Numbered from the stretch's first letter, positions 24,814 to 50,430 are shown. The stretch is 64,000 nt of DNA from Lingula anatina (GCA_051362555.1 CM120647.1:12066651-12130650); one strand, 5' to 3'. Made by a program: numbers and translations. The notes: generated by a model from the sequence alone, not told the origin.

Positions 24814-26022
24814 GATTCAACTCTAACATCTTTAAAAGTTTATGAGACTTCACAATGATAAAACGCTAAAACATTGCAGTATTAAAAACAAACTGTAAAA
24901 TCACAGTAAAGGCGTCAACTTACATGTATAGTTTTGCACTTAAAAAGCTTTAACCATAAAATTTATTTGAAAATGGCGCTAAACCATAATAGTTAACACA
25001 TTAGATAAAATATAAATTTAAAATGACATTTATTGTTTAAACTTAAATCAACTTCAATTTCTTAAAATGATGTGTTATGTGTTGTTTTCTAAAACCATAT
25101 TTTTATGCTGAAGGGCAATATCTTCCATTGCACTACAGCCGATACCTGTCACCTGCTTTCAGTCTGCCAGTTCTTTGTTTAAAAAATAAGTGATCAGATG
25201 AACGCAACTGACGCGAAGGAGAATAAATAGAAAACAATCTACAATGAAAACAATTTTATTGTTCTTTTTAATAAATTACCTGAAACTGATCCATTGTAAA
25301 AATAATAGCCTCAATCACACCAAAAATGCTTGCGTGACCAAGGTCACTGGTGTGTGTGTGTGTGTTTTATTGACGTTGATGACCTTACTCCGGGTAGGTT
25401 GGTCATTTAAGGACGATTATCTGTACTAATAAAGGGTCAATAAAATTGGTGTGAAAACAAACAAACCTTCAGGACAATTTGAATTTTCACAAGATTCTAG
25501 TTTCTATTGCGCCTTCGAGAGATAAGAACTGGTGGTCAAAACGCGAAAATCGAAATTTGAACGTGATGTCCGTCATATTTGTTGTCCAGACGTCCAGATA
25601 AATAGCTATACATTTTGAATCAGAACTTATTATTTGTAAGTTTTAAACCTAAAATGTATCCAGTCGCAGTTTAACAATAGACCCAAATACTCACTGCACT
25701 TTTTTCTCATGTACACAATACAAGGAAACTGTTTTTTCCATAATGTGCTTTCCAGTTTGTGTGCCTTCCAGGAAAATAATCATGTTCGTGACTTTGTAAT
25801 ATTTTAATTGATCTTTAACTTTAAAGTCACTGTTGCCGATACGGCAGAAATTACATAGTTATTATTTTAATTTATTTCCACGATGTTCTTATGTTTATTT
25901 AGATTGTGTTAGATGAGAAACTACTAACACAGCTCAATTAGGTAACATCTGTTCAATTATTCATGTGGTCAACCGTATAAAAGGCGATGTCACACGTGCT
26001 CTGCGCGGTCATTTATTACTTA

Positions 26023-26245
26023 TACCCCCTTTACACTGGACGGCGTCCTTTCTGCGTCCTTTCTGCGACCATGAAATTTGGCATCGCTGTGGTCTTAATA
26101 AGGAGGCACAAGCATCGATTTTGTATCAGAATGAATGCTCAATGATCGGCCAGTTGTCGGCCGTAAAGTATTACAATTTTTTTAACTCTCAAATGGGGCC
26201 GTACTGCTGGACGCAGAAAGGACGCCGTTCAGTGTAAAGGGGGCT
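26023..26245. mobile_element. MITE, CCTTTACACTGGACGGCGTCC TIR family, TTA target duplication
   Basis: About 35-bp TIRs CCCCCTTTACACTGGACGGCGTCCTTTCTGCGTCC, flanked by TTA. Confidence 0.8.
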
Positions 26246-27379
26246 TTACTGGCAGAGTGAAGGTATGGTTTGATATAACATTTACCTCTGTAAAATTTAT
26301 GTATTTAATACAGTGTAATTTATATTTCACTTTATATAGAAGTATTTTGTGTAATTTACATAAATTTACATGTTTTTGATAATTATAGTCAGTAATGTAG
26401 GCTAAAGGCATTGTGTTTATCAAAGTGAATGTTGAAATGGGTGTGGCATTTTCATGAACAATACGTACATGCATTTTTTTCGTCAAATAAAATTACAGTA
26501 ACAGCTCAGATAGTCATGGCCGTCTCTGGGCAGCCAGTTGGCAGCGGAAAAACGGGTATGGATATTGTTTTAGTAAAAGTGTTTGAAGTTAAATAATTAG
26601 TGAAATAAACTTTACACGTATGTAAAGATTTTTTTAGATCACATAAATTAAATTACTTAGTATATTAAGTTTATTTATTTCAATATTTCACTGTGTTGTT
26701 GTTATTATTTTTCTTTTTATAGTTTTCACCAGTTTCTGTTCAGTTTCTGTTCAGTTCAGTTCTGTTTAGTTGAATTCGGCTGTGAACAGTTCATACTGCG
26801 TGAATGAACAGCAGTCATATCCAACGGTGTTTCTTTGTTTTATCACGTGGTCTGCTACAGTTACATTTGAAGCAAGTGCGGATTCCATAGGATGCATAAC
26901 AACTGCTACCCGGGGGCCGTTTCGGATGTCCCTACGATTCAGAAAAAAATCTACATGTACATACCGGGGGATAAACTATATTAAAATCTGGATCAGCCAA
27001 AAATATCTTTAAAAACTTTTTTCAGTTTCTGGTCTTAAACTTAACCTATTAATCAGTCCCTCCAGTTCACAAAACCCAATCTGGAAATGACGTATTAATG
27101 AATGTATGACGCGTTAGGGATTCTGTTGCGCGCGCAATGACATACATATTTTACTCATGGGTTAAATACACAGCACAGAAAGAGTGCAAATATCTGTTCA
27201 GAAGGCTTTTTTCGGGAAATGTGAGACGATATAACCTTTGGAACTTCTAAAAGTTATACTATTTGAACTTCAGGTATATATTGGCTTTTGGTTGCGATTA
27301 CCTGCAAAGATTTAACTCTAATTTCAACTTATTTTATTGGGATAATCCATATAACATTACATTACATGCTGCTCTTCGT

Positions 27380-27430
<51 letters not shown>

Positions 27431-28449
27431 CATATTGTTAAAGGCAACAATGATTGTGGGTATTTGTCGTCAGCTACTTTATCTAAATCATTACTGAGCG
27501 AGATCAAGAATTTTACCAAGGGGCTAGGACTTCTGAAAAGCTGTGTAGGGGGTATCCGTCACCCTTTTCCCTATGAGTTTGGTACTTTGCGTGTGATTTT
27601 AATTATTTACATAATTCAAAGCCCGTGTTTCCCATACTGCGTTGCGTTCATATAATCCGCCTCATGCCCTTGACCTTTAAATCAGATCACGTGACTTATT
27701 GCGACCCCACTGTTGAAACACCATTTATAATAGTCAAACATATAACTGAATGATATCGTAATTTGGATTTTTAGCACTCTGGTTAGTAAATCTATTAATT
27801 TTATCCTGGCAAATACACCATATAAGTTTAAAAAAAAACACATGTTCATAAAATAATAAGAAAGCAAAATGCAATTTATGCTTTGCAACCGTTTTATTTA
27901 ACCCACTTATTAAGATTTTACAGACAAAAAAATATATTGGAAATACTAATAGGTAATGGAGGAAGTGAAGGAATATCAAGACAAACAGAACTGGAAACGT
28001 TAACTTAGTCTATAGGGTATAGTTCTACATCTGATACATCCAGTACGCCAACTAATACAGCTGTACTTGTGAAGCGCATCAACAAAGTATGAAGGCGCAG
28101 TTCTCTGAAATATGCCCCGATGAACCTCAGTGTTATTGTCTTATCAATATTAGGCCCAATACTACGACCCCCGTCGCATTTTAGTCTTGGTTATAGCAAG
28201 TTAGTTACGTCTTAACTGCAATATTATCTTTGTACCCAAAAATTCATGTGAATTCATCATTAACAAAAACCCAAAAGCAGGCAGTACAGCAAAGTTAAGT
28301 AAATGGATAATATTGAAAGAATCAAAAAGTAACATTTATATATATCTTGATCACAAATAAGGATTATATGTTTTCAAATCAAGAACGGTCATCCAAACAG
28401 TCCGTCTGTAAGCTCCAGTCTACCAGTTGACCAAGGTCCAGATAGTCAT

Positions 28450-39625
<11,176 letters not shown>

Positions 39626-39703
39626 ATTTTCAAAATTCGAAACTCAGTGTTTACTGTCGAAGGAATCCGCAAAGCAAGTGTAAAGTCTGCGAAGAGTAGG
39701 GCC

Positions 39704-39713
39704 TTTATATATA
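39704..39713 (-). promoter_or_regulatory. TATA box of paralogue B
   Basis: GGGG-TATATATAAA-G about 80 bp upstream of the ATG, homologous to A. Confidence 0.6.
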
Positions 39714-40272
39714 CCCCAAGCGTCTTGTAGACGTGTTTCTTTCGTTGCCAATATCAACATCATTTTGGATGCAATTAAAAAAAGCAAATTTTCAACCCTT
39801 CTCTTCATTAATCCGTAATTTGTCATTAGTGTTCTTCCTACTTTTGTGTTAAAAAATGAATACAAAGTTGTTACAAAGTCAACGAATGTTTGTACAGCTT
39901 GGGTAAACTAGTAAACAAGGTTTTGCGTCATGCAGTGTGTGACTTCATGTATACTGCAAATGTACATTTTCGATTTTTCTCTCTCTTTCCTTCTCTCTCT
40001 CTCTCTCTCTCTCTCTCGTTTTGCACCTTCTCAGTAAGTGATTTTTATGAGTCTAGGAGAACCCCCACCCGGACAATTCCCCTACCTCACAATTCCACTG
40101 CGGCAAATCCCCTTCCCCTAAGACGATTCCCCGACAAGACACCCCCTTCCCAGAAAAAAATACACTTATTTTGCATTACCTAATTGAAGAATTTGAACAT
40201 TTCTTGAATATTTTACTGAAATTAGGAAAGAAAAGAATTGGCTTTTAACTACAGGATTCAGGAAGCTCATTA

Positions 40273-41249
40273 AAACCACCTTTACACTGGACGGCGTCCT
40301 TTTCGCGTCCGTTGTGCGGCCATGAAACTGTCTATGTCGGCGTTGGACGACCAAAGAACGCTCAGTGATCACTAAGATCGCAAAAAGAAGCATCACCGAG
40401 GACGCCGTGGTAGGCTTCAAGTTTTGAGCATGTACAAAAAAAAAAAAAAAAGAAAAAAAAAATCGCGCAGAAAACGCGATGGAGAATGGACGCTGCAGGG
40501 CCACTCGTGGTACAAAGAGAGGAAGCACACGCATTGTTTTAGTCCTAGAAAGGAGGCACAAGCATCACTTTAGTTGCAGAATGAATGTTCAAGATGCAGT
40601 TCTTGTGGCAGTTTTTGCAGAATACGTTGTGTCAGTTGGCCTTTTTTGTCTTTGGCGCCAGTCGACCCTTCTTGTAAAGACAACATTGGTCATATGGCTT
40701 ATTATCAGCCCATGCAGAACTTGCAATACAGTAGTTTGAAAAATGAAGGTTATTCCTGATTAATTTTTTCTTTTTCTGAAGATGTTCTTAACTGGGTGAC
40801 CGGTTTAGAATTGATTATAAAAAACATTATAGAGAGAGAATATATAGGAAGGACGCCCAAACAATGCTCGTCGGTCTAGCAGGAGACAGAAAGATCTTAG
40901 AATGGTTGCCACTGATCGCCGACGAAGGTACAGATAACGCGGGCAAGGACGCTCAATAGTTGCTCAAACATCTAAGTCGACACCGTGGGTTACAGGGGAC
41001 GCACAAGGGAGGGAGGCAGGTCGCTCAGAGGACACACAGGTCGCTCAGTGAACGCACAAGTGGCTTGCAGTTAAACACAGGTAACAGTGGTTACAAGTAA
41101 AATCGAGATTTGGTCGTTCAAAGGACGCACAAGGGACGCAGAGACATTTATAATGAGACACGGTTGCTTTGGCGACTATTGAGTGTCCTGAGCATATTTT
41201 TGATCGTAGAAGGGACGCAGAAAGGACGCAGTCCAATGTAAGGTGGGCT
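40273..41249. mobile_element. About 1-kb non-autonomous element with the same TIR family, upstream of paralogue B
   Basis: CCTTTACACTGGACGGCGTCCTTT...AAAGGACGCAGTCCAATGTAAGG ends, TTA flanks; absent at the homologous site upstream of A (about 12155). Confidence 0.75.
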
Positions 41250-41331
41250 TTACGCGCATGGACATATCTGAGAGGTAATCTTGGATTATCAGATGCTGTG
41301 CCTCAAGTACACGTACATGAGCCTGGCCTTA

Positions 41332-41569
41332 AGCCTAGGTCCCAACCGAGCGTACGGGCTGCTGCGTGTGGTCTACGAGCAAAAAAATGGGGAAAACGTA
41401 GGAGTTCGTGCGTGAGGAGCACGTCCATCGTGCGACTTTTGGAGCACGCAAACCGCACGTAGAAACTTTTTACCAATTACTTGATTTCTTCCCTGCGATC
41501 TAGCTACGTCCTAGCCGGACGCAATGAACCTAAAAACCGTGCGTCTAAAACGTTGTTGGGACCAAGGCT
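41332..41569. mobile_element. MITE with AGCCT(A/T)GGTCCCAAC TIRs, TTA target duplication
   Basis: AGCCTAGGTCCCAAC...GTTGGGACCAAGGCT flanked by TTA; empty site upstream of A (about 12230). Confidence 0.75.
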
Positions 41570-43638
41570 TTACGGAAGATAAGTTATACTTAACGTTTTG
41601 CCGTAATAAAAGAAAATATGTTACCGTTATGTTATTATTATTCCATTTTTTCAAACTTTTTTATCTCTGTTTTGATTAGTTTTTTTTTTATATATTTGTT
41701 TTTTTCTTTTTAGATAATATTATTATGTCATTTTATTAATAATGATGAAATATTACGAATGTCTGCGTCAAGCCCAAAGGGTAAAAAAAAAATAAAATGT
41801 TAAGTATTTATAGTACAACAATAATACCACCTGCAGGAGAAGAGCACCATGAGGAAAAAAAAGGATGCATGTAGATAAACGAATAAGAAACAAGAAATCT
41901 CGTATGATAATTTCTAATCTTTAAGATCGATCATACAAAAAGGCATCAGCTGCTGCTGGTTAAGCGTTGTAAGGTATACTTACGAATAATAAACTACTAT
42001 CTATTTGAACGCTGAACCTCTCCTGTTTGGAATATTTGTTGAAAAACACAGCATGTGTTAGTAAGTAAACGGTTAGTGCAAATACCAATCACGTATTGCG
42101 AACAGATGGTACAGAGAGATGAAATATTTATGTGGTGTCCTTGACATAACGCCTGCTTTACATTGTTGAACACATTTGTGAATACAAAGCTTCTAATTCA
42201 CCTTTGCCTTTCATTTCATTATCTGAAGGTGAATACAAATGTTTCTTCTTGCTGAGTTCGCTTATAAGAGGGTCCCATGGAGGGGGGGGGGAGTGATCAC
42301 AGTTCTCAGGAAATAAAATCACCAATTCACAAATCAATGTGAATAATATCTTATTAATATTTAATTAATGCACTTACATGCACTTACATGTAAATGCGAG
42401 TTGAAAATCTTAACTACTGGGTTGGACATCGTTTAGTGAGTGACAAAGAACAAAATACAGCATTCTTGGGTTCTTCACAGATCATGCTAAATAAAATGAA
42501 CAACTCACGCATCTCGGAAAATAAAAGTTCTTTTGACGAGCAACAAAAAATAAAAAGTGGGACCCCTTTTTTACTCAACATTCCGTTGAGAAGGACAGGG
42601 TGAAAGTAAACGGCATTGTTAAATGGTATAAGTTTTCAAAGACCAAGGAGAGAAGATCTTGTCTACGGGAAAATAATGTCTATGACAATCACCGAAACTG
42701 TGTCGCTGGATAGGCACCGGGTACCAGGCGCCCTGGTTATTTGTTAACATTTAAAGGGTAATATTATGCCATCTGATAACGAAATTTCAAAACGATCATA
42801 ACCACATTAGCGTTCTAACCTGAAGTTCTTCAGGATCGTGCTTTCATCAAAAATTAAAATTTAACCGAAACTGCATGTACAATATCTTATCAATTATTCG
42901 TTAAATAGCCATGGCGTGAATGGCGACAAATGGTTAGAAATCTACCACACGTAAATGATCTCACATGGAACACACCAAGATGGACATTTCGTTAAAATGG
43001 GCGCTTTTCGCTCTCCGAAACTCGCTTTCAGACTAAAGCTTGGAGCCAACTAATTCAAAATTAGATGTTCTTTTAATGAACATGTGAAGCTTTTTGTATC
43101 TTTTTAGTTGAACCAATTTCGGTGGCATTAAATCAAGACTGAATTTTGATCGGGAGAAAAATATTTTGACCAAAAGAGAAGTGCATTTGCGCCCCCTCCC
43201 TGCTAATTTAACACTCCATTCTAGCCTACGCATCTGACGTTTGATCTGTAAAAAGTGCATACAGTTTTTTTCTAATTTACATTAGAGCCATCATCCAATT
43301 TTCTGGTCCCATGCATCATAATTAATAACCGTTTATCAACATTTACGGAACAAATTAAAAACGGCTATCATCACCGATAAGAATGCGTCAACATTTACCT
43401 TAGCAACCCAATGTCCACTTAGACAAAGCTCGTGTCAACTCTGTTCTAAATGATCACAGACACTGTTCCTCCATGTTAATAAAAGAGACAGCTGTTCACT
43501 TATTGTGCATGCAAATTCCAGCAAATATTGCGAACGTCTGAGTAAACAGTCACAGGTGATCCATCGTATTCGACTATGACACCGGTTCTGAAAATCAAAT
43601 CATTATCACAAGGGCGAGCGTGCTTTTAATTGAATGTA

Positions 43639-45306
43639 CAGACTTGACATTTAATATGGAATATTTCAGTTTCGAAGGTATGCCTAGGCAAAAATGCGTT
43701 CTTTTTTCAAAAAACTCCGATCTCATATAAGATTTGTGAATGGAGAAGTGTGTAGTCAGGTGTGTCGCTACCAATAGTATGACTTTCATGTCCGTTGCGC
43801 TGCTACATTATGTAATTTGCAGTGATTTAATTGGGTAGTGTTCATTTGGGCTGGTCAAAGCTTGGCTTAGGCAAAGTTTGGTTCTGTCAAAAAAGTATCC
43901 ATATGTCGGCAACTACTGCATAGAAGAATTTGAAATTTTGCATGCAAGCGGTCGGTTTTGCAGTGCGTAAGATGAGTCAAGTAGTGCATTAAAAATTTAT
44001 TAATCTATGGCAGAATGGCGCGAAAAAGACAGACATTACCAGACAGATCATAGCGCCAAACGGAACAGTCCCCACAGTTTTATAGAGTAATGCCCAGACT
44101 GATGTACTTACACAGATGTCACCCCCAATGTATCAAAATCTTACCTATTAGCTACAGGGTACAGGACCCACTGTCTTTCGGGATACGCTGCTGCAACTAA
44201 ACAAATAACACTTAGTCCGTTCAGAACGAGGGGTAAATTGCCATCAAAATGCGTTTTTCAAAGCCCTTAGCGAACACCAAACTGGTTTTAGCAGGTAAGA
44301 ACACCAAACGACCTCCGAGGCACCCACTGTAAACAGCAAAACATCGTCGTCTGTTTCTCTAATTAATTGGAGGCCATAATCGTTTCTTGGTAGAACACTG
44401 AAACAGCGTGGCTTTCTTTATTGATGTCAGATTTCACCTGTACCGCCCAATAAGTCAAAACAGAGTTTACAGATATCCAGAAGAGGCCTACGACGAAGCA
44501 TATGCCGGGTCTAATGTGACAAGGGTGATTGACAGCGTCAGTATTTGGATTGGATACCACATTGGTGCCAAAACACCAATGGTAATCATCGACGAAAACC
44601 TGAACCAGATCAAATTAAGGAATAATCTCGGAACCACTTGCCTATCATTTGATAGGGGACACCTTAGGAACAATTTTAGGTTGCACGGTGAGGTTGCCGG
44701 TTCACACAGAGCACTTTTAATAGCAGATAACTTACAGAACCACGGGAATGAGCAGCTACCCTGGTCATAAAAATCGCCACATTTGAGCCACATAGACAAT
44801 ATTTCGGTAGGCCATTACTCGCCGAATCAACTGCCTACATGTCCTTCAATAAAACTGGACCAAATTGGACAATTTTAGACCGATGCCCGGAATGTTATTC
44901 CAGATTGAACTCAAAAAACCTACCCCAAGGAATGCCTTGCCGCTTGAGAGCGCTGGCAACAGCCAGAAGAGGCCAGGCGTAACAGCGACCAATACTGTGA
45001 CTAGCACCTGACATGAGGGTCTTTTGTGGAGCGTATAACTCTTTTACAGACGATAATTTGGAAAATATGGAGATCCAAAATACCTCTTTTAATGGAAAAC
45101 GTATGACATAGAATAGGCAATGTGTTTTTGTTTGCTTCTCTGGCGAATTCCATTAATGAATTGATGTCACAGTGACATCAAAGAGATAATTTAAAGTTAT
45201 TAAAACACGACTGTAATCCTTATTTTCATTTATCAGTCAGCAAAATAGGAAAAAACTGATAAAAAATTACTTGGAAAAAAATATTCCATATTAAATGTCA
45301 AGTCTG
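43639..45306 (+). mobile_element. Second copy of the same decayed Tc1/mariner element, opposite orientation
   Basis: Perfect 28-bp TIRs and TA target duplication. ORF 44408-44770 resembles the Tc1 catalytic region (VMVWGGI...TPLVVIDGNLN...LPWP-KSPDL-PIEN consensus). The empty site is visible in the paralogous sequence near 24569. Confidence 0.88.
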
Positions 45307-45454
45307 TATTAGCATTATTGGTGTATTCTAGTCCCTGATATTTTTTTCGGGCGTAATAAGCCGATAAAACAAGTGTTACCTCTATTTCCGAGCAATCACC
45401 CAGGTCTAATATCTCGAAAGCGAGGCAACGGTCAAGAACGTTAGCTCGAAATAA

Positions 45455-45897
45455 GGTTGTTAGCTCGTAAAATTGGCCTATTTCATGAAGTGTATAGCGT
45501 GGCAAGCATTAAATGCATTTCTAAATCTCAAACAATAATGAATAATAAAATCTTACAATGAAAATTATTCTTGTTGGTCTACCTGAAATTGATCCATTGT
45601 AGACGTTATAGTTTTAAATATGCAAACACGCCTGCGTGAACTAGTTCTCTAATGTTTGTGTTACCTTGACTTGTATGACCCAATTACCCGGGTAACAAAA
45701 TGTATGTCGGTCATTTAAGGACGCTGCATGACCTGCATATATATATTGACAGAGTTATAATTTCTCAAAAATTTGGCAGCAGCAACCAACAACTTAAGCT
45801 CGAAATAAACTCGTAAGCTCGTTAATTGGATTTATTTAATAAATTTTATAGCGTGACAAGCATCAACATTTAGTATTTTTATTTCTAAATTTTCAAC

Positions 45898-45946
<49 letters not shown>

Positions 45947-46150
45947 TGTACAATGAAAGATATTTTGTTCGTCTTTTGATTAATTGCCTAGAATTGATCC
46001 ATTATAGAAATTATAGTCTCAAACACGCTAAAATTGCCTGCGTGTTCTAGTTCTCCAGTGTTTGTGCTCTCTGGACATGGATGACCTTATTGGGTATTCA
46101 GGTCATTCCGGGACAGGTTACTGCAATTGATATTAACAAACGAACCTTGA
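45455..46150. repeat. Two tandem copies of an about 350-bp unit (single, interrupted copy at about 24700-25430)
   Basis: TATAGCGTG.CAAGCAT, AATTGATCCATT.TAGA and GCCTGCGTG recur about 350-400 bp apart. Confidence 0.7.
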
Positions 46151-49100
46151 AGACAAAGCCAACGTGCGCAGTTCTGACGGGTGCACGTAGCGCTTAAAGA
46201 CTCGATCCTCTATTCACGATGCTACAGAAAGCAGTGTTTCGTCGCAGTTAGGTTGAATTACATTTGGAAGCTAGGGGATCAATTAGGTAAGTTTTTCTCA
46301 AGGCACTGTCACTCGTAGCGTAAAGCAATAATTGAAGTATGAGAAAATTTTATCCATCTGCAGACAAACGCAAGAGGTTAAGTTTGTAAGACTTCGCATA
46401 CACGCTAAAAGGTGTGCGATACTCATGTGTACTACGATAAGTGTGACAGAGCCTTAAAATGTTGATATTTATACACAGATGGGAAGATAATGTCGCGGGT
46501 CATTTAAAAGGAGTTTTCCTGACTTAATTAGAAAATAAAACGACTGAAAGGTTGGTCGCTCTCAAAATAAACAAAACCTGATGACCTCAAGCCCGGTCAG
46601 TAGGTTTAATACGAATTAAGTGTTTTTGAGGCTGTAAATATACGCATCTTATTCATGAAAAATGCGATATAAAATACTCAGTACGACGCAGGGAGATGAT
46701 TGGAAGTGACATTTTGGCCCTTTTTTCAACCAGTTATCAATGGCCGCCCTCTTGAATACACATTTTTCATAGAGAGATTTGTATTCTTCACCAATCATAG
46801 TAAACATGAAGACCTATAAGCTAGGAGTTATAGTTTTAGTATGATGATATTTTACCATTAGGATGTTGGAAAGATAGATCTTGCAATTGGTAATAAAAGA
46901 AAAAAAATCTTAAATTTTGAGGGCAATTCCGTTGCTAGTATTTGCTGGCATTGTTGCCTTTTGCCAGTAGTGTCACATGTTTACTTTGGTCATTGCATTA
47001 TAAATTTACATCAGTCAATTGTGAGAGGATATCGATGCTACCGGTACATGGGCTTTTGAACCCTGGGTTGCCCTTAGAATTTCTCTTTTTCCTAAGCTGA
47101 GGGTCCATATTTACCATGACCCATAGGAGCCTACGCGTATCTCTCAGACGCTCCTTAACATGCGAAAAACGACATGCACCGTGTCTATTTCGTATGTGAT
47201 TAAGCACAGCCGTGTCAATCTCGTATCTATAGAGTTCAGTAAGTGGTAGAAGGTAGCTAGATATTAACTTGACAACCCCTTCTATGCCACCCTCCCCCCC
47301 CCCCCCTTCCCCCATAGACTGAAACTTTAATCGAGCCTGTCTTGATATTTTTAAAACAGAAGCGATGTTTTGTTTACAAGGACCATTAAATATTACTGAT
47401 TTATCTTGGGTTATATTAGTACTGGCAGTATATATACCAGTATAATATTTCCTGGGCGAGGCGTTTTAAAAGGCCAATTGTCCGGCTGGAGGTATATTGT
47501 GAAAAACTCATTTGTGTTTCGTATAAAGAAAGGAGAATTTCACTCATGACTGAACTACTTCGGCATAAAAACTAGAAAGGGGGTTATATATCGTATGATC
47601 ATGTACTTTTGCAACTAGTTTGGTAAATTATATCTTGGTGAAAAAGTAAAATTTCCGAGATTTCCTCTGGTAATTCATCGCAACTATATGAAGAGAAGGG
47701 TTAACGTGCACTGTAAGGCACGTTCAATATCACACACGCATCGTACTAACTGTACATGTCGCCAAAGTGAAATCAGTCGAATCAGCTTAATCAGCACATG
47801 ATAATTATAGTTACGCCCTAGCTGCTGAGGAAGGCGTGTTGGCACGTGTACACTTAAGCGAGGATTCCCCTACAGAGTTCGACCGACCCAACCTGTACAT
47901 GTACGTTGTGTGAATCTTAATGCGGTTTTAGTCATTATATTTGTTTCCGATTTATTCATCATTGGCAGACCAAACATTTGGCCATTCTCAGGGCTAAAGC
48001 GCTTTAATTAAATGGGAAATAAGAGTTATTTAAGGTGAAATCTGAGTGCTTCTATTTAGCTGACCGACGGCTGTTTTGTGTGGACTCGCCTCTCTGCCGC
48101 TTGTTTACTTTGAGTAGGGTCGTGCTTACAATGCATTATGGAGGTGGTCGGTGGCGTTGTATACACGTTCCTTGGCCACGAGGTTAGTGGGCTAAAGTAT
48201 CTGGGTTAGTAGGCTAACATAACATATCGATAGTGCCCAAACACGTGGCTTATCAGTCCATGTCAGGGAGGTCAACATGGGGAAGGGGGGCATTAACTGA
48301 CCAAGGTCATTTTTATATAGGCCTAATAATAATAATAATTTATTGAGCACAAAACATGGTTTACATTTACAGGCTCTCCAACTAATTCAAATATTAAAAA
48401 GAATAATTTAAGTAGTAAACTATGTTTATCCACACAGGGATACGCGCTTTTTATTTTTTTTATATTAGAGCCAGCACCGTGTGCATACACTGGATGTCAC
48501 ATATTTATTTACAATGGTGAAAGATGCGTCATCTTTTGTCCCTTTGGCCTTTGGGAGGGGAAATTATAATTACTGTTGCATGTCTATACCTAGTTGTCAG
48601 CGTTTGAACCGTTTATGTAGATTAAAAAGTATATGCCTGTATAAATTTTTGGTTATAATCTGTAGCATGTGCTTGAATTAGACCTACTATCTCAAGTTTA
48701 AAGGTTATATTAAACCACCCACGTATTATATAATTGGACACGGGACATTTGGGGCAGCAGGCTAACATAACTGGGCCATCACATCAAAGCTTTGCCGAAG
48801 AAAACGTACGGATTTTATATCCCTGTTCTTCGTCCAAGGTAAAAACCAAACAGTAAGTGTCCAGTGACAAAACTGAGCTAGCATTTGAAATGAAGAAAGT
48901 TCAACCAAAAGACAGTTACAAATTCCCCAAATTATCAGGTACGTACTCAGTAGCAGAGGGGGGGGAGGGGGGGCGCGTTAGATTTTTTTTTTTACGTTCT
49001 TTATGTTAAGATGTCAAGGAAATTGAAGCCTATTTACTGTGTAAAGTTTTGATTTTTTAACTACGCAAAAGACGATGGAAGGACATATGGAGATAGTTGA

Positions 49101-49756
49101 GAAGGTGAGACCGCCCGGGTTAGTTGGACCCCGGGGTAAGCTGTCCCCTAGTCAATTTATGGAAATTAAAAGTTCACAGTTTGCATCTAAAAGTTAGTTT
49201 TTTTAGGGAATTTTCTTTATTACCCATGTGATTGAAATATTTTAATGAGAATAATCCAACGGCAGGATCGAGCGTTCCCATCCTTCAAGTGCACTGACAT
49301 TGTCAAGGACACATGCACATTCCTTATGATAGGTCTATCAATCTCCAAAGCGTCAACTCCCTTACAAAAATAGTCTAGGGGGAGATGGCGGAGGGACGCA
49401 CAGAAGATCGGGATAACATGATCCCTGACAAAAGTGCAGTGACCATGATAATGTAAGTTTGTATCACGCTATGCGGTATAACGTGTACGCAAAACTGAAC
49501 AATTAATTGCAATGCCTCGTGACCAAGAGGTTTAATGCTTCCACATCAATCCCCACATCAATCCCCTAATCCCCCACTCCTATGATCTAGGAGGATATTT
49601 CAGAAATAAATCATGTTGAATAGTTAGAATCATTCCCATCCCAAAGGATTTTTTTTTTTTTTTTTTTTTTGGGGGGGGGAGGTGGTGCGGCAGCATTAAT
49701 TATTAGGATCTCATAACATAAAATCTTCCTTATTGATCGTCGGGACTTTGGCCTTC

Positions 49757-49910
49757 ATCGGATATAATACCGCAGTTTTAATGTTTTCAATTTATGTCTT
49801 TTATTATGTACAGACACAGATGTGTCTGTACACAATAAAGCACATAAATGTGTCTGTACATAATAAAAGACATAAATTGAAAACATTAAAACTGCGGTGT
49901 CATATCCGAT
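49757..49910. repeat. About 154-bp near-perfect palindrome
   Basis: ATCGGATAT..ACCGCAGTTTTAATGTTTTCAATTTATGTCTTTTATTATGTACAGACACA is followed by its reverse complement around a short, partly duplicated loop. Confidence 0.9.
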
Positions 49911-50097
49911 ATAGCCGTCACCTGCGTCTGTCGTCGCCGTTGCTGTCGCCGTCGCCATCGCACTTTTACCGATAACACGATAAGTGAAAAACCGTTTTTT
50001 CTTTTGGCTTGAAACTTACAGAACTGATGAATATTCATAATACGCAGGTCCAGTTCGAAAATCAGCTTGTTCGGGCCATTTTTAGGGAAGTTGTGCT

Positions 50098-50139
<42 letters not shown>

Positions 50140-50430
50140 ATATATGCAACGCCGGTAAAACGATAAGTGGAAACACGTTTTTCCTTTTGGACTGATTAAT
50201 ATTCATAATACGTAGGTCAAGTTTGAAAATCAGCTTGATTGGACTATTTTTACAAAAGTTATGCTGTTTTTTTTCTTTATTTAGCATATATGCAACACTG
50301 ATAACGCATTTTAAGGAAAACCAATCGGCCTTTTGTCTTGCAACTCACAGGAGTGATCATCCGACTAGTATACATATCAAGTTTGAAAATATATAAGCTT
50401 GATAAGTTAAGTTTTGATGAAGTAGTGTAA
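49911..50430. repeat. Composite repeat: (GTCGCC)-like tract plus 2-3 diverged 150-180-bp units
   Basis: CGATAAGTG.AAA..CGTTTTT, AATATTCATAATACG.AGGTC.AGTT.GAAAATCAGCTTG recur. The layout is reminiscent of Helentron/DINE-like non-autonomous elements (inference). Confidence 0.5.

Noticed and set aside
46998-47315. 105-aa ORF or possible exon (YEIDTAVLNHIRNRHG...LLWVM)
   Set aside because: Plausible splice signals, but no recognisable domain and no phase-compatible link to other exons.
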